Source: Anaeromyxobacteraceae bacterium (lineage in GTDB: Bacteria; Myxococcota; Myxococcia; Myxococcales; Anaeromyxobacteraceae). Taken from it: DNA of 64,000 nucleotides. This document shows positions 62,397 to 64,000 of the stretch, piece by piece. A program made the translations under genes and the position numbers. Within the stretch, counting starts at the first letter, position 1. Each line of letters opens with the position of its first letter. The DNA is taken from assembly GCA_047602405.1 (NCBI GenBank), contig JASGHJ010000002.1, positions 320,001 through 384,000 of the forward strand, in the 5' to 3' direction. Under the pieces are notes generated by a model. It saw only the letters and a list, made by a program, of their open reading frames with translations. It ran no database searches and was not told the origin of the DNA.

Positions 62397-62732
62397 CTAC
62401 ACCCGGCGATGCGCCTCCAACGCTCTGGCCAAGCTCATCGGGTCGAAGCGCACAGCGTTGCCGACTCGGACATGAGGGAGCTCGCCGCGCTCGACCATGG
62501 AGTAGACCGTGGCGCGGCAGACGTTCAGGCGCGCCGCGACCTCCCTGACCGTGAGCAGCCGATCGACTCCGAGCATCAGGTCGGCCCGCCCAACGGGCGC
62601 CCAAGATTCGGTGCGAATCGGTCCGTTCGGTGGGGCTCGGGAGGGTGGCGACGCGGATGCGTCTTCCGATTTGTCCATGGAATCCGGGCGCGCGCGACTC
62701 GCTGCCACCTCGTCCGCGAACGGATCAGGGCC
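62397..62732 (-). CDS. Detached integrase C-terminal tail with excisionase-type HTH_17 (possible internal start 62576)
   Basis: In frame with the att-encoded ESGRQDLNLRPLGPE; ends LLTVREVAARLNVCRATVYSMVERGELPHVRVGNAVRF…HRRV. Confidence 0.82.
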   Translation of the reverse strand, partial: GPDPFADEVAASRARPDSMDKSEDASASPPSRAPPNGPIRTESWAPVGRADLMLGVDRLLTVREVAARLNVCRATVYSMVERGELPHVRVGNAVRFDPMSLARALEAHRRV

Positions 62733-62778
62733 TTCGGGACCAAGGGGTCGCAGGTTCAAATCCTGTCTCCCCGACTCA
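62733..62778 (+). repeat. attR core (46 bp; 3' part of tRNA-Pro)
   Basis: Identical to 46948-46993. Confidence 0.95.
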
Positions 62779-62779
62779 G

Positions 62780-62820
62780 AAGCCCTCGAAACCTGACCGG
62801 TTTCGGGGGCTTTGTCTTTT
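62780..62820 (+). terminator. Rho-independent terminator, probably the original tRNA-Pro terminator
   Basis: AAGCCCTCGAAACC-tgacc-GGTTTCGGGGGCTT followed by tgtctttt. Confidence 0.7.
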
Positions 62821-62882
62821 GAGCCCCCGGCTGGCACCGAGCCGCTCTCCGCGACCTTCCTGCACGGCGCACCTCCGAGGCG

Positions 62883-63656
62883 TCACCCCAGCATCGGGGC
62901 CGCGCGGAGCTCACCGAGGAGCGCCTGCGGCGTCACGCCGGCGATCGCGCGGAACTCGGCGATGAGGTGCGCCTGGTCGTAGTAGCCGGCCGCGGCGGCG
63001 ATGCCCGCCCAGCCCTCCCGCCGCCCCGCGCGCGCGGCGCCGAGCGCGCGATGGAACCGGATGAGCCGGGCGAACGTCTTCGGGCCGACGCCCACGGTCT
63101 CGCGGAAGACGCGACGGAGGTGTCGCTCGCTCACGCCGAGATCGGCGGCGACCGCGTGCACCGTGGCACGCGGGAGGCGCTCCGCGGCGCTGACGGCGAG
63201 CCGCGCGGCGGCGCGGAGTCCGTCGGCGGCCCCGAGCCGTTCGTTGATGGCGCCTTCGAGTGCCGCGGCCGCGTCGCTCGCGTCGCGCGCGGCGGCGAGG
63301 CGATCGAGGAGGCGGCGCGTCGCCGCGGAGCCCCAGAGCTCTTCGAGCGCGACGATGCGCCCGCCGAGGGCGGAGGCGCGCACGCCGAGCACCGCCTCCG
63401 ATGCGCCGAGCTGGAGCCGCGCCGTCACGGCGCGGTGCCCGCCGCGGAGGAGCTTCCGGTGCACCGTCCGTCGTACGCCCATGGCGTGCACGTCGAGGCC
63501 GCCCCGCGCCGACGGCCCGAACCGGGCGACGATCTGGACCTCCGGACGCGGGATCGAGATGCCCGGCCCGTCCTCGTCGCACGCGTTCACGAGCAGCGCC
63601 GCCACGGCGGTCGCGCCCTGCGCGATGGGAGCATGGAGGACGGCGGGGGCCTGCAC
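62883..63656 (-). CDS. AraC family transcriptional regulator
   Basis: Motifs LGVSERHLRRVF…GVGPKTFAR, AGYYDQAHLIAEFRAIAGVTP. Confidence 0.88.
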   Translation of the reverse strand: MQAPAVLHAPIAQGATAVAALLVNACDEDGPGISIPRPEVQIVARFGPSARGGLDVHAMGVRRTVHRKLLRGGHRAVTARLQLGASEAVLGVRASALGGRIVALEELWGSAATRRLLDRLAAARDASDAAAALEGAINERLGAADGLRAAARLAVSAAERLPRATVHAVAADLGVSERHLRRVFRETVGVGPKTFARLIRFHRALGAARAGRREGWAGIAAAAGYYDQAHLIAEFRAIAGVTPQALLGELRAAPMLG

Positions 63657-63755
63657 GCGAGGATCGTAAAGGGCGGGTCACGGCCCCGCAACGGCCGCCG
63701 GGGGCTGTCCGTTTCCTCCAAGCTGCGTGGACGGCCGGTGACTACCCTCGGCCGC

Positions 63756-64000
63756 ATGAAGATCCTCGTCACCGGAGCGACCGGGAAGATCGGAAGCCGA
63801 CTCACGAAGCGACTCGCCGGGCGCGGCGATCAGGTCCGCGCCCTCGTCCGCGATCCGGCGCGCGCCTCGGCCCTGCGGATGGATCGCGTCGAGCTCACCG
63901 CAGGAGACCTCCTCGACGAGGACTCGCTCCTGGCGGCGGTGCGCGGCGTGGATGCCGTGGTCCACTGCGCCGCGTTCTTCAGGGGGGCGACTCCCGAGCA
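63756..64000 (+). CDS. NAD(P)-dependent epimerase/dehydratase (3'-partial)
   Basis: MKILVTGATGKIG…VRALVR…GDL…GVDAVVHCAA. Confidence 0.85.
   Translation, partial: MKILVTGATGKIGSRLTKRLAGRGDQVRALVRDPARASALRMDRVELTAGDLLDEDSLLAAVRGVDAVVHCAAFFRGATPE

Larger units (their letters stand above)
46948..62778. mobile_element. tRNA-Pro-integrated genomic island (~15.8 kb)
   Basis: Bounded by a 46-bp direct repeat, with a tyrosine integrase at the left end. Cargo, especially 59.8-62.4 kb, is visibly less GC-rich than the flanks. Confidence 0.92.

Noticed and set aside
62733..62778. Second tRNA-Pro gene
   Set aside because: Only the 3' part from the anticodon loop onward is present, so this is attR.
46948..62778. 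Prophage or ICE call
   Set aside because: No structural, terminase, relaxase or conjugation genes were seen.
1..64000. CRISPR array, rRNA, or SRP RNA near ffh
   Set aside because: I saw no regularly spaced repeat-spacer array or cas genes, no rRNA-like sequence and no convincing SRP RNA stem. The short repeats at 16250 and 29161 lack unique spacers.

Overview
Very GC-rich DNA. Gene content suggests a myxobacterium, probably Anaeromyxobacter-like (inferred from the gltI/gltJ gliding genes and a TIGR04552-type gene). Bases 1-46,900 are mostly core genome: giant TPR GltI/AgmK and GltJ/AgmX, a Rel-synthetase-like gene, an HNH gene, a glutarate CoA-transferase/IclR/gcdH module, ffh, tRNA-Leu(UAA), a hybrid kinase, kdd, a BTAD-STAND regulator, two peptidases, and a three-gene surface cluster (a CsgG/TolB-N-like protein plus two ~1,480-aa paralogous lipoproteins). 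Bases 46,948-62,778 are a ~15.8-kb island in tRNA-Pro(CGG), bounded by a perfect 46-bp direct repeat. The att core lies inside the integrase gene. When integrated, Int ends in a 6-aa tail read from the tRNA antisense strand; excision would fuse it in frame to a 111-aa tail ending in an excisionase-type HTH. The element's own xis-like gene is split by an IS21 with a 7-bp target duplication, which may lock the island in place. Cargo looks like an RNA-conflict/defence kit: HTH-PIN toxin-antitoxin pair, AEP-primase-SF2 helicase, a highly structured intergenic region, Hen1-Pnkp RNA repair, a DUF4145/HEPN-like protein and a PIN-like/HEPN fusion. About 12 frameshifts occur; seven are the same GATC to GAATC insertion, pointing to a systematic sequencing error rather than real pseudogenes. 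All family assignments come from motif recognition by eye, not database searches.
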